Source: Vampirovibrionaceae bacterium NZW_1234 (GTDB lineage: Bacteria > Cyanobacteriota > Vampirovibrionia > Vampirovibrionales > JAGQHJ01). Taken from it: 64,000 nucleotides of DNA. Of this stretch, positions 1 to 10,522 are shown piece after piece. Numbering within the stretch: position 1 is the stretch's first letter; the number at the start of each line of letters is the position of its first letter. The stretch lies in the NCBI GenBank assembly GCA_041697335.1, contig JBGUGD010000007.1:96001-160000 (forward strand), in the 5' to 3' direction. Both the position numbers and the translations under genes were made by a program. The notes below the pieces were generated by a model. The model was given only the letters and a program-made list of their open reading frames with translations. It was not told the origin of the DNA and made no database searches.

Positions 1-449
1 CCATATAAGCCGCTAAATCGTGCTGTTGTCAGCGGCTCGTTAACGGGTGTATACCGATTGGCCCAAGGGTATCGGGATGCCACCGCTTCAGCGTAATCGG
101 CAAGTTTCTCTGGAAAAGCAGGATCGATGAGACTGGTTGAGCGGGGGCCGCTGCCATGATGGACCAGGCCGATGATAGGGTTAATATTTCGCTCTCGAAG
201 GCCAGAAAGGCGTTCGTCCGGCCATGACCAATCGGCAGATTCGAGGCCTTCAGGTGCGATATGCTCCCACAGCACCGGGTAGCGTAGCGTCCGGATGCCG
301 AGTTCGGCAAACAAGTCCAGATCGCTCTGTCGGTAGAGATGTCCATTGCGTTCGAGTTGATTGAAATAGATATCACCAACCCGGTTGATGGTGCATTCTA
401 ATCCACCCCAAATCTCGAGGGCGGATCCTCGCGTGGCGATTGGAGCCAT
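1..449 (-). CDS. GH1-like glycoside hydrolase domain protein, partial (runs off the left edge; such domains are often fused to dTDP-4-dehydrorhamnose reductase next to glf)
   Basis: Not in the ORF track. Manual translation from ATG 449 (RBS AAGGGGG): MAPIATRGSALEIWGGLECTINRVGD...LGIRTLRYPVLWE...GLVHHGSGP...YTPVNEPLTTARFSGLYG, carrying the NEP acid/base motif. Confidence 0.85.
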   Translation of the reverse strand, partial: MAPIATRGSALEIWGGLECTINRVGDIYFNQLERNGHLYRQSDLDLFAELGIRTLRYPVLWEHIAPEGLESADWSWPDERLSGLRERNINPIIGLVHHGSGPRSTSLIDPAFPEKLADYAEAVASRYPWANRYTPVNEPLTTARFSGLY

Positions 450-471
450 AACGCTATACCCCCTTGGTTGT

Positions 472-2823
472 TTATGCCTGTACCAGTTGTACTTTGCTTT
501 TGCTGGTTTTTTCTCCCTTGAGCTGTTTATAGGTGGCCAGCGCCTGTGCCACAACCTGGTCCATGTTGTAATATTTATAGGTCCCCAGGCGCCCTACAAA
601 ATGTACGTTTGGTAAGGCATCCGCCAGGAGCTTATAACGGTTATACAACACGTTGTTTTCGGGTCGAGGAATGGGATAGTAAGGATCGCCCTCTGAGCGG
701 GAGTATTCATACACGATGCTGGTTTTTGGGTGCTGCTGACCCGTGCAGTGCTTGAATTCCGTCACGCGGGTGTAGTCATAATTATTGGGATAGTTGACTA
801 CCGCCACCGGCTGGTGCCATTCCTTGTTTAACGTCTCATGACGAAACTCCAGCGAACGATAAGGCAGTTTGCCATATTTAAAATTGAAAAACTCATCAAT
901 GGGTCCTGTATAAATGAGCTCCTGATAGGGGATCATCTGGATGATGTCCTTGTAATTGGTGTTCAGCATAATTTTAATGTTTGGATGCGACAGCATGTTT
1001 TGAAACATCCGGGTATACCCATGCAACGGCATTGCCTGATAGGTGTCCCCAAAATATCGATCGTCGTCATTGGTTCGCGTGGGGACTCGTGCCGTGACGC
1101 ATTTGTCTAACTCGTGCGGGTAAATTCCCCATTGTTTTTTCGTGTAGCCTTTAAAGAATTTCTCGTACAAGTCCCGTCCCACGACATTTAAGACAACATC
1201 TTCCGATGTCAGGATGGGATCGCGCTTTTCGGCGACGTTTTCCAAAAACGCCTTGGCCCCGTCCTGATCCAGGTTCAGATTATAAAGTGTATTAATGGTG
1301 GTCAGGTTAATGGGAATCGGAACAAGTTGACCGTCCACGTAGGCCAAAACCCGATGCTCATAATCCCACCACAAGGTGAATTTCGAAAGATAATCGAAGA
1401 CCTCTTTTGAATTGGTGTGAAACAGGTGGGGGCCATAGCGATGCACTAAAAGCCCTGCTTCATCATACTCATCGTAAGCGTTTCCCCCAATATGAGAGCG
1501 ACGATCCACGATCAATACCTTATTGCCTGCAGTGGCCAGGCGCTCTGCCAAAACACTACCTGCAAAACCTGCACCGACAATTAAGTAGTCAAACCCCTTG
1601 TATTCATGGATTTTAATAATGCTGTTATTGGTAATGACTTTATAATTGGGGTATTTTTGCTTGTGTTCAATGGTCTCTCGGATATGCTGTTTCATCGATG
1701 CCCAGGTTTTATCCCACGAAGTGCGCGATAAAAATGCTTCTACGGCCTGGCTCCATTGGGTGTTATCCTGACTTTCCTCCAATGACGAGGCAATGGCGTC
1801 GACAAACCCCTCTGGTGTGTCGGCTATTTTAACCAGGTTCAAGGCTTCATAGGGTACCACAACATCCTGAATCGGTGTCGAAACGACTCGCTTACCCGCC
1901 GCTAAAAACTCGGGCGTCTTGGTCGGGCTAATGAACCGGGTGGATTCATTGAGGGCAAAAGGCATCATGGCTACATCCCATCCCGCAATATATTGGGGCA
2001 GCTCTTCGTAATGTTTGCCTCCTAAATAATGGATGTTTGGCATATTGGGCAAGATTGCCGGATCAATCTTGACCACGGGGCCAATAACCACCAGTTGCCA
2101 GTCAGGGCGCATTTCGGCCATGCCCTTTAAGAGATCAATGTCCATGCGCTCATCGATAACACCAAAGAAGCCGATACGCGGATGCGGAATATGGGCTTGA
2201 TCCGCAGGCTCCTCATGGTGTGATTTGGCTTTGGCAAAGTGGTGAACATCTACGCTACTGGGAAACGCATGGACATTGTGATGACATTCTTTTTTGGCTT
2301 CGTAGAGACTCTGGCCACCGGTAAAGATGATGTCCGCAATTCCAAATAGCTCTCTTTCCCGATCCACTAATTCCGGTGGGGCCCCTTTAAAGGCAGATAA
2401 CTGATCCATGCAATCGTATACAGTTGCCAATGGCTCCAGGTGTGACGAAAAGGGCAACGCCATGGGCGTATAATACCAGGTCACATAGTGGGTAATATTT
2501 TCACGCTCCAGAAGCTCATCTACCAGCTTTGTCAGAGCTTCATGCCTTTCAGGTTCATCTAACGTATCGGGTAAGTGCGGAATCACCACAATGACACCGT
2601 CCTGATTCGGAAAACTGACATGCAGCAACGGTTCTGGATGGGTGTGGATGACGGGCTCCTCAACATAAAAAACCCGATGCTCTTTGGCATAGCGGCTTAA
2701 TAAGTGTTGTGGACGCTGGAAAACAAAGTTCCAGCGCAGGTGTGAAAAACAAATCAAGTCATACGATTGCGGGAGGTGTCGATTGCCCAAAGGGCCGTGT
2801 GTTGACATATCAAAATCAGCCAT
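472..2823 (-). CDS. glf: Fusion of a GT-B glycosyltransferase (GT4-like) and UDP-galactopyranose mutase
   Basis: N-half: FSHLRWNFVFQRPQHL, SPTKTPEFLAAG. C-half: FAD motif IVGAGFAG, HIGGNAYD, YGPHLFHT, GRLGTYKYYNMDQ. Confidence 0.92.
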   Translation of the reverse strand: MADFDMSTHGPLGNRHLPQSYDLICFSHLRWNFVFQRPQHLLSRYAKEHRVFYVEEPVIHTHPEPLLHVSFPNQDGVIVVIPHLPDTLDEPERHEALTKLVDELLERENITHYVTWYYTPMALPFSSHLEPLATVYDCMDQLSAFKGAPPELVDRERELFGIADIIFTGGQSLYEAKKECHHNVHAFPSSVDVHHFAKAKSHHEEPADQAHIPHPRIGFFGVIDERMDIDLLKGMAEMRPDWQLVVIGPVVKIDPAILPNMPNIHYLGGKHYEELPQYIAGWDVAMMPFALNESTRFISPTKTPEFLAAGKRVVSTPIQDVVVPYEALNLVKIADTPEGFVDAIASSLEESQDNTQWSQAVEAFLSRTSWDKTWASMKQHIRETIEHKQKYPNYKVITNNSIIKIHEYKGFDYLIVGAGFAGSVLAERLATAGNKVLIVDRRSHIGGNAYDEYDEAGLLVHRYGPHLFHTNSKEVFDYLSKFTLWWDYEHRVLAYVDGQLVPIPINLTTINTLYNLNLDQDGAKAFLENVAEKRDPILTSEDVVLNVVGRDLYEKFFKGYTKKQWGIYPHELDKCVTARVPTRTNDDDRYFGDTYQAMPLHGYTRMFQNMLSHPNIKIMLNTNYKDIIQMIPYQELIYTGPIDEFFNFKYGKLPYRSLEFRHETLNKEWHQPVAVVNYPNNYDYTRVTEFKHCTGQQHPKTSIVYEYSRSEGDPYYPIPRPENNVLYNRYKLLADALPNVHFVGRLGTYKYYNMDQVVAQALATYKQLKGEKTSKSKVQLVQA

Positions 2824-2827
2824 CGTC

Positions 2828-3064
2828 TTAATTTTCCGTATTCTTTGCTAATAATGTTTCGAGTTCCTCAAAGAGGGTCTGAATGCTTTCAAATGATTGA
2901 GGAGAATCTTTGGACAAAACGTTATTCAGCAAGACCGGTTCTTCCTGATACCAGAACATGGCAGTTTCGCCATGCTTCTCCAGAAGTTCCATGGACGAAA
3001 TGGGAAACTGAAGCTCAAGAACTCCTAACGAGGCGGTTAACCCCTGAGCGGCTTTTCTAATCAT
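2828..3064 (-). CDS. Small hypothetical protein
   Basis: RBS AAGGAG before ATG 3064 (MIRKAAQ...); abuts the glf-fusion start. Confidence 0.55.
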   Translation of the reverse strand: MIRKAAQGLTASLGVLELQFPISSMELLEKHGETAMFWYQEEPVLLNNVLSKDSPQSFESIQTLFEELETLLAKNTEN

Positions 3065-3307
3065 GCATTCTCTCTCCTTTGCCAAAATACATGTTGGCTC
3101 TATCTTGAGCCCAACCCTGCGTGGCAAACGATACCTTTCGAATGTGTCCATTGATTCCGTTTATGGACAGTGATTATGGCTTAACCGCATTCAACAAGGA
3201 ATTGCCCATGGTGCTATTTATAAAATAGTCATCTGGACAGTGACAGTTTGAGATAAATTCTCGTCGTTTTATAGGCTGAAAGGCTTTTTGGGAGAGAAGG
3301 ATAGCTT

Positions 3308-4546
3308 TTAGAAAATTTCATGAACACCTTGGCTTGCCCGTGTGGTAAAAAAACGAGGCACACGGGAAAAATGTTGATGATAGGCTTCAGAAAGGGTCTG
3401 TTTAAACGACCCAATGGCATCGTTGGCCACGAGGTTGATGGTGCATCCCCCAAATCCTCCTCCAGTCATCCGGGCACCCAAAACCCCAGGGATTGTGAAG
3501 GCCGTGGATACCAGAACATCCAACTCGTCACAGCTCACCTGATAATCATCTCTCAGCGATGCATGTGAGGCACCCATCAGCTCCCCCAGTTGGGGAATAT
3601 TCCCAAGTCGAAGCGCTTCGGCTGCCCGGAGCGTCCGATCGTTTTCACTGACGACATGATGAACGCGCTGGCGAATGATGGGATCGGGAATTATTGCTGC
3701 GTATTCTTCAAGCTGAGTCAAACTCACTTCTCTCAATGATTGCAGACCCGGAAGAACGGAAGACAGGAACTCAACCCCGGTTCGACATTCTTGTCGGCGC
3801 TGATTATAGGCTGACGAAGCCAGGTTGTGCTTTACTCCTGAATCGCACACCACAAGGGCATGGTTGCCCAGTTGCATGGGAATCGGGGTGGGCGTTAGAC
3901 TCTGGCAATCAATCAAGAGGGCATGATCTTCAATGCCCAACGCACTGATAAATTGATCCATAATTCCGCACTGGGTTCCCACATAGCGATGTTCTGCTGC
4001 TTGCCCAGCCAGCGCCATTTTGATCCGATCAATCTCGTCATAGCCCGAAAGTTTTAATAGCGTGTAGGCCACCGCATTTTCCAATGCCGCCGAGGAAGAT
4101 AATCCCGCCCCGGAGGGGACGTTGCTGTCGATAAGAAGATTTGCCCCCTTGAGCTGCCAGCCGGCTTCTTCCAGACTGTAGGCTACGCCACGGACATAAT
4201 TGCGCCACGAGCTTTTTTCGGCAGCCTCTGGGGTATCCAGTGAGAAAATATCCCCTTGGGAACGGCTGATAGAATGGACCTGAATCGTCCGATCCGAGCG
4301 GGGGGTTGCTACAATCAGCGTTCCCCACTCGATGGCCATGGGCAGGACAAAGCCGTCATTATAGTCGGTATGTTCACCAATCAGGTTTACCCGGCCTGGG
4401 GCTTTAAAAAAACGAGGGGCGCAGTCGGTTTCAAACAACCCAGCAAAGAGTTGCTGCAAAGCCGGAAGGTCGAAAGCCTTTTCTGGTTCTGCTAAAACCG
4501 AGGCTCCCTTTGACATCGATGTTGTTGGAGAACTGGGATTTTCCAT
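3308..4546 (-). CDS. galK: Galactokinase
   Basis: APGRVNLIGEHTDYNDG, PSGAGLSSSAA, CGIMDQ, GARMTGGGFGG. Confidence 0.97.
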   Translation of the reverse strand: MENPSSPTTSMSKGASVLAEPEKAFDLPALQQLFAGLFETDCAPRFFKAPGRVNLIGEHTDYNDGFVLPMAIEWGTLIVATPRSDRTIQVHSISRSQGDIFSLDTPEAAEKSSWRNYVRGVAYSLEEAGWQLKGANLLIDSNVPSGAGLSSSAALENAVAYTLLKLSGYDEIDRIKMALAGQAAEHRYVGTQCGIMDQFISALGIEDHALLIDCQSLTPTPIPMQLGNHALVVCDSGVKHNLASSAYNQRRQECRTGVEFLSSVLPGLQSLREVSLTQLEEYAAIIPDPIIRQRVHHVVSENDRTLRAAEALRLGNIPQLGELMGASHASLRDDYQVSCDELDVLVSTAFTIPGVLGARMTGGGFGGCTINLVANDAIGSFKQTLSEAYHQHFSRVPRFFTTRASQGVHEIF

Positions 4547-4629
4547 AGAACGGACTTCTTTCCAAACAGGCCAGATTCAGCCCTAGTTTCACTCACGTAG
4601 AGCTATGATAGCGTTCGAAGGACAAAATG

Positions 4630-6291
4630 CTATTGGTCGAAGTACCCAATTCGTTCAAGGGGATCCTCGTGCAATGTATCCAGTAAGTCCGGAAGAATCG
4701 TTTTGGTAAAATTCCGGGGCTCATAATCCGGCAACCGAATCAACCCAACGGGGTGAAGCCGTAAATCGTTAGGGGAGCCCATCATGGCGTCGTCCCAATT
4801 AAATTGATCCATGAGGCTGTACCAGGTAAAACCGAGGACCGGAATGCCAAACTTCATCAGTTGGGCCAGTTCCACCAATTGCTTTACGCCCCAGTCTTCA
4901 CTGCCATGATCAAAAAAGTTGGTTTCGGTATGGAGAATGGGCAATTGATAGCGGTTCCAATAGTCCACACACATCCGGGCCAGGCCCTTGCGGTGACCTG
5001 CCAGAATTTCTTTTTCGTAGGTATCGACACAGGTTTTGGTCAACGGAAACACATGATCCGGTTGCACGATTTCGCAGGCCAGATAGTAATCGACGCCAAA
5101 CACCGTGTCGGCCTTCATGGTTTTTTGAAATTCCTGTTGAAATCGCTGGTGGTATTCTCGAATCACTTCCAATTGGTGGACCAGCGATTCCACATCTTCC
5201 CGTAAATGGTCTTGGCGCACATATTGACGGGCCATCCATTTATACATATCCGAGCTTTGGTAATCGCCATCTAACAGCCAATCCTGCCCCAAAATCAAGT
5301 CACTGGTCAAAAAGCGCCGGTACTCGTTAAAGTTGAAATCATCGGGTTGATACTCGCAACTTTCGTTATGAATAAACAACAAACGCCGTTCTTCTTTTTG
5401 GAGCTTCAACTCAATGGCATAGCGTGTCGTCACGGCAGCTTTTGCGATGAGGAGAGCACGCTTGATAAAGTAATGATCGTACATGGGGTGATCGTAGCGT
5501 CCGGGCATGGCTTCATTCCAAACCACCGAACTAAAGCGGTTGGTGATCAGCGGTTCATTCACCAAGGTAACCGCATCCAGTTCATCCAGATAGCGATGGA
5601 TGACGCCCATGGAAAATTCGGTAAAATAAGTTGGCCATTTGGGGTTCAGATAAATACTTTCATCCGGGTGCGCATCGTTGCGAAACTCTGACGGGAGACC
5701 GAAATGCTGTAAGTCCAGGCTAATGCGGATGTTCTGCTCTCGAAATTCTCTTAAAATCGTATCGAATTCATTCCATTCTTCCGGTGTGTCGAGCTGATGG
5801 GTTGGCATACCCAGGCGAACGTTATGAATTTTTAACAGGGGAAGCAAATCCACTTGCTTGCGGCGATGATCGGGATCATAGATTCCGGCTAAAGCCAACT
5901 GATCCCAACGCTCACCCTCGGGGCTTTCAGGGTTGCTGCATTCAATGCCGGTCCAGAGAAAATCAGTAAAGGTTTTTTTAAATAGCGACAGCGTTTCCTG
6001 ATTTTCAGCTTGGCGGGTTTCATCCAGGTGCGTTATGGGATCCAAGGGGATGGAGGCTATGTAGCGGTACTCCGGCTGACGAAGCTTTTTTTCCGACCAG
6101 CGGAAGAAGTTATGAATCTGTCTGTCCAGCGCCGTATGCCCGGTCGGCAAGACGTTGATATGCAGCAATTCATCAGTGACTTCCTGAACAGGCTGAATAG
6201 TCGGAGGGACCGTTGACAGCACCACCGCGTTCGGTTCAGGCTGTTCAGCCTCCGGAGGAATGGAATTTAAGACGCTCTCCTTTTCAATCAT
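4630..6291 (-). CDS. GH1-like (clan GH-A) glycoside hydrolase
   Basis: TGIECS, LQHFGLP, VNEP acid/base motif, HTETN nucleophile region, GFTWYSLMDQFNWD. Confidence 0.75.
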   Translation of the reverse strand: MIEKESVLNSIPPEAEQPEPNAVVLSTVPPTIQPVQEVTDELLHINVLPTGHTALDRQIHNFFRWSEKKLRQPEYRYIASIPLDPITHLDETRQAENQETLSLFKKTFTDFLWTGIECSNPESPEGERWDQLALAGIYDPDHRRKQVDLLPLLKIHNVRLGMPTHQLDTPEEWNEFDTILREFREQNIRISLDLQHFGLPSEFRNDAHPDESIYLNPKWPTYFTEFSMGVIHRYLDELDAVTLVNEPLITNRFSSVVWNEAMPGRYDHPMYDHYFIKRALLIAKAAVTTRYAIELKLQKEERRLLFIHNESCEYQPDDFNFNEYRRFLTSDLILGQDWLLDGDYQSSDMYKWMARQYVRQDHLREDVESLVHQLEVIREYHQRFQQEFQKTMKADTVFGVDYYLACEIVQPDHVFPLTKTCVDTYEKEILAGHRKGLARMCVDYWNRYQLPILHTETNFFDHGSEDWGVKQLVELAQLMKFGIPVLGFTWYSLMDQFNWDDAMMGSPNDLRLHPVGLIRLPDYEPRNFTKTILPDLLDTLHEDPLERIGYFDQ

Positions 6292-6467
6292 GGTATGCCT
6301 TCTTCTCTTAGGTCGTTAAGTGTGGGGCCTCGGAAAAAAACGCTTATCTTAATGGATTATGCCATTTCTTTTTTCCAAGACTAGGGGTTTTTCAAAGAAT
6401 TTTTAGGGATCTCGCGGCGAATCTCGGAGGTCCCATTGAACTTGGCTTTGGAGCTTCAAAGTCCTGC

Positions 6468-7799
6468 TTATGGTGACGGTGTCCGAAGCACAACCATATT
6501 GCCTTTTAAACTGCCTCCCAGCGATTGAACCTGAGCCTTGGCATCGTGCCAATACACGACGCCTTGGTCATAGAATGCTTCAGGGTGAGGTGGGAGCGTC
6601 ATTCCCAGGAGGCCGCAATAAAGATCTTTCACCGTGGCCAGGTACTGATCGGGTCTGCCGATGTCGCTCCAGTAAAAGGGCTCTTTGAGCACATGAGCCC
6701 ACATGGCCGGGGACGAGGACGAATGGGGCGGGGTATGTTGCTTGCCCTCTACCAGACTGGGAAAGTAATCCATTGCGTAATCAAATTCCGGGCTTTTGTT
6801 CCATTTAGCCAACCCGGTTTGAACGAAGCCATCGTAGGCTTCTGGAGCAATGACGTAAAATCCGATGCTGCCGGTCCGGTTATCACCGGCTTCGGCCAAT
6901 GAGGGTTTTTCCTTGAAATACAAAATGGATCCCGACTGTTTGTCTTCGCCGGATTGATCCGTCACCACAATGGCCATCTGATTCACTTGTTGATCCGTGA
7001 TGGTTTTAACGCCGATGGTCACTTTGGCATGATGGGCCGCATGGGCTTCGAGCAATTCCGAGATGTCGGCGTTGGTTACCGCATCTCCTTGCATAATTAA
7101 GATAGGCTGGTTTTGATCGATCCACTGATTTTGCAAGGCTTTTACCAAGCCCCCTGCGGTTCCGGACGGGGCCTCCTCGTCAATAAATACAAAGCTGAGC
7201 CCGTCAATGGCCGTCAGCTGGGATTTAATGATGTGGGGTTTATAGTACGTGTTCACATAGATCCGTCGAATGCCGTGGGCATACAAATGTTTGGCCAGGA
7301 CGACAATCACGGAATCCTCTCCGAGCAACGGGACCCCGGGTTTGGGATAGCCGGTGATATCGCCGGATATGGGGACAAACCGGCTGGCCAGCCCGGCCCC
7401 CAGGATCATGGCCTGATCCGTGACCTGTTGAACGGAACGCCGCGCTGTGGGAATAAGCGGGGCTTGGCTGAATCCCTGGATTGGGTCTCCTGGCATATCG
7501 ACCTGGGTATCGGGCAGACGAATCTGACTGCCGGGCATGGCAATACAGGTAATGTCGCCTGTGCGCAGAATGCCGAAATAACCAGCTTTTTCTTTCCGAA
7601 ATTCGATGGTTGTTTTGGCATTGGTGGATTGCCGAACGCGTGCCAGAATCGGATGGGTCTCTGGCGGGGTGTCCGGCGATACGGGGAGCCAGATGGTGCT
7701 CTTCTGCCATCCTTTCTCATCGGCTTCCGTTTGCATGGTGAGAGGGCTTGAGCCTTGTCTGGCGGATGCTTCCAGCCGTACTGTTTCCGATACCGTCAT
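6468..7799 (-). CDS. NDP-sugar synthase (sugar-1-phosphate nucleotidyltransferase) with N-terminal extension
   Basis: AMILGAGLASRFVP...PKP, GTAGG, QGDA, FKEKP, YWSDIGRPDQY. Confidence 0.85.
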   Translation of the reverse strand: MTVSETVRLEASARQGSSPLTMQTEADEKGWQKSTIWLPVSPDTPPETHPILARVRQSTNAKTTIEFRKEKAGYFGILRTGDITCIAMPGSQIRLPDTQVDMPGDPIQGFSQAPLIPTARRSVQQVTDQAMILGAGLASRFVPISGDITGYPKPGVPLLGEDSVIVVLAKHLYAHGIRRIYVNTYYKPHIIKSQLTAIDGLSFVFIDEEAPSGTAGGLVKALQNQWIDQNQPILIMQGDAVTNADISELLEAHAAHHAKVTIGVKTITDQQVNQMAIVVTDQSGEDKQSGSILYFKEKPSLAEAGDNRTGSIGFYVIAPEAYDGFVQTGLAKWNKSPEFDYAMDYFPSLVEGKQHTPPHSSSSPAMWAHVLKEPFYWSDIGRPDQYLATVKDLYCGLLGMTLPPHPEAFYDQGVVYWHDAKAQVQSLGGSLKGNMVVLRTPSP

Positions 7800-8121
7800 T
7801 GTCTTCTCTATCCTTTGTTATCCCTTTGTTCGCTCCCGGATGTCGAATGTTTCTTTTCATCAATGTCATCCGTCTCTGCAAAGAATCATTTTGGGACGAG
7901 TACTCGCCTCTGGCTATTGCCCGCTCCGGTGTGATTTGAAGTGATGGCCATGTTTTTTTCGGATGAGTCTGCTGTGATATGGAAACTCAGTCTGTCAATG
8001 GGAAAAATACGGCTCCTCAAATTTTTTGTCCTAACTTTTGAAATTGGTCGTTCAGGATGCAATTGGGCAAGTGGCTAACTTTCATACTCAACGTTTTATG
8101 ACACAGTAGCGTTATGTATTC

Positions 8122-9162
8122 ATGTCAACAGGAGCAATGCCTATGATTCTCGTCACCGGTGGTGCTGGCTATATCGGCAGCCATTTTGTGAAAACCTACT
8201 TGGATACTCACCCGGATGAATCGGTTGTAGTGGTGGATAACCTGTCCGAGGGCCATCGTGATGCGGTGTCCTATTCTGATCGCATTCAACTGATTCAGGA
8301 AGATATTGGCGATGCACGCGGCATGCATGCCGTGTTTGCTCAATACCCCATTGATGCCGTCGTTCACTTTGCGGCCAGTTGCTATGTGGGCGAATCGCAA
8401 GTAAATCCCACCAAATATTTTCAAAATAATGTGGTCCAATCCTTGCATCTGTTTAAAGCCATGGATGAGGCCGGGATTAAGCGCATCGTCTTTTCTTCGA
8501 CCTGTGCCACCTATGGTCACCCGGTACGTCTGCCCCTGGATGAAACCCATCCGCAAGCACCGATCAATATCTATGGTCTCACCAAGTTGATGATTGAACA
8601 GGCCTTGCAAGGGTACTGTAGTTCATTAGGCTGGTCTGCTGTTGCGCTTCGCTATTTTAATGCTGCCGGTGCCGATTCAAGCGGGTTGCTGGGTGAAGCC
8701 CATGAGCCGGAAACCCATTTGGTTCCTCTGGTGCTTCAGGCTGCTTTGGGAAAACGCCCCAGTATTGATGTCTATGGCGATGACTATGATACGCCCGATG
8801 GCACCTGTATTCGTGATTACATTCATGTGACGGATCTGGCTTATGCGCACTGTCGCGCTCTGGAACATCTATCTGAGCAGCAGGGCTTTGATGCCATTAA
8901 TCTTGGAACCACCTACGGTACTTCGGTTAAAGAGATTATTGCTCTGTGTGAAGAGGTGACCGGACATTCTATTCCTGTCAAAGTCGTCCCCCGTCGTCCG
9001 GGAGACCCGGCCCGCCTGGTCGCGAATGCGGATAAAGCCTTGACGCGTCTGGGATGGCAAACCCAAATTTCCATGAAAACCATTATTGAAACCGCATGGC
9101 AGTGGGAAACCAATCGGAAGTATTCAGGTCATGACTCACTTGTCGCCACACCTCGGGCTTGA
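8122..9162 (+). CDS. galE: UDP-glucose 4-epimerase
   Basis: VTGGAGYIGSH, FSSTCATYG, YGLTK, LRYFNAAGA, DGTCIRDYIHV. Confidence 0.97.
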   Translation: MSTGAMPMILVTGGAGYIGSHFVKTYLDTHPDESVVVVDNLSEGHRDAVSYSDRIQLIQEDIGDARGMHAVFAQYPIDAVVHFAASCYVGESQVNPTKYFQNNVVQSLHLFKAMDEAGIKRIVFSSTCATYGHPVRLPLDETHPQAPINIYGLTKLMIEQALQGYCSSLGWSAVALRYFNAAGADSSGLLGEAHEPETHLVPLVLQAALGKRPSIDVYGDDYDTPDGTCIRDYIHVTDLAYAHCRALEHLSEQQGFDAINLGTTYGTSVKEIIALCEEVTGHSIPVKVVPRRPGDPARLVANADKALTRLGWQTQISMKTIIETAWQWETNRKYSGHDSLVATPRA

Positions 9163-10339
9163 ACGACGATTAAACGAGCAGTTTGATGGGGTCTTTGATT
9201 CGGGACGCCTGGGTGCGTTTATGGCATTTGCTCAGCAAGTGCTGCCCTCGCTGGTTCCAATTCCCGATCCCCATCCGGTTGAGGCGCTTGTGATCCGGGA
9301 TACGTCAGAGGTTCTTCCGGAACGAGCCCAACTGCATAGTGGTCAACTGACACTGGTTGTCACGCGGGAATTGGGAATTCGCCTGGTGTATCAAGGCCAG
9401 CAAGTGACAACGGACACGGTAAATATTCCCTTTCACTATCCCTGGTTTTGCCCCGATCCCACCGATCAAGAGCGGGTGGCCGAATTTGCGGCGAAACACG
9501 TAGCCCGAGGAACACGGGCCGATACCTGGCCGGAAGATCAATGGCCACAGGTGGGGGGTGTCAAGCAGGGGGAACAAAATTGGCCGCCTCGTAGCGTGGC
9601 CTTTGGCCCTTATAATTTAATGCTCCTGACGGATGGGCCAGCCCGGGCAATCTCCGTGACCTTGCCACCGGATTCAACGGGCCGCATTGCTCCAAATGCC
9701 TATGGCGTCATCCCTCGGGGATTGTTTTCGGTGACCCCGGAAGGGCAAGTGCTGTTGGCCTGGCAGAACGATAACCAGTCAGAACTTGGCCTGCACTGGG
9801 CAGCCTGGTTAATTTTAGGCTTTGCCATGCCCAAGGTGGCCCCCTCATACCACAATCCTTCAGTTATTTTTGCCTTTCCCGACGATGAGAGCCCGGATCC
9901 GGTGACGAATCGCATGGGACGGGTATGGAACTACTATGAGGTCGAGGGGCAGACGATAGCCCTGATCAATCCCCATATCAAGACCTTGAACGAGCCCTTC
10001 AAGAAGTTTTATCGCAATACCAACTGGGCTATGGTTGCAGTCAAAGGGGCAGACCATGTGATTGTGGCACGGAGCATCTTGCAGCATGAGGAGCAGTTTT
10101 TTCCGTTTCTCGAGCACGGGGCTTATTTTATCGAGGCTGAGTTCACTGGTCCGCGGGTGCCTCCGGGAGAAAAAAGTACCGTTTTGAGCCAATACGATTT
10201 TCTTTCCGTACATCGACTGACGCAAGGAAGTATGACACGATTGTCTACCGAGGACGGCCTGTTTGAAAGGGATGTGCTGGCTATTTTACGATGCCTGATT
10301 CAGGCATTTCATGTCGGTAATGTTTCTGCAGACTCTTGA
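9131..10339 (+). CDS. Hypothetical protein, possibly galactose-mutarotase-like beta-sandwich
   Basis: About 400-aa ORF overlapping the galE end; start 9131 chosen; beta-rich, with C-terminal YFIEAEFTGP. Confidence 0.6.
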   Translation: MTHLSPHLGLERRLNEQFDGVFDSGRLGAFMAFAQQVLPSLVPIPDPHPVEALVIRDTSEVLPERAQLHSGQLTLVVTRELGIRLVYQGQQVTTDTVNIPFHYPWFCPDPTDQERVAEFAAKHVARGTRADTWPEDQWPQVGGVKQGEQNWPPRSVAFGPYNLMLLTDGPARAISVTLPPDSTGRIAPNAYGVIPRGLFSVTPEGQVLLAWQNDNQSELGLHWAAWLILGFAMPKVAPSYHNPSVIFAFPDDESPDPVTNRMGRVWNYYEVEGQTIALINPHIKTLNEPFKKFYRNTNWAMVAVKGADHVIVARSILQHEEQFFPFLEHGAYFIEAEFTGPRVPPGEKSTVLSQYDFLSVHRLTQGSMTRLSTEDGLFERDVLAILRCLIQAFHVGNVSADS

Positions 10340-10522
10340 GAGGCGCAACTCGGCCAACATATCCGTATTGCTTGAACTTGCCCCTAAGCTCGAAATTTAC
10401 ATCGGGTCAGCCTAAATGCCCGATATCCGGGCAATGTCGAAGTCTAGAAATCCTGGGTACACTAATTAACATGGGGATTAACCAAAAAGTACAATTATAA
10501 ATACGTAATTAGGAGAGGGACC

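Noticed and set aside
29..379. ORF-track 116-aa minus-strand ORF
   Set aside because: Wrong frame; the overlapping frame from ATG 449 gives a clear GH1-like protein running off the window
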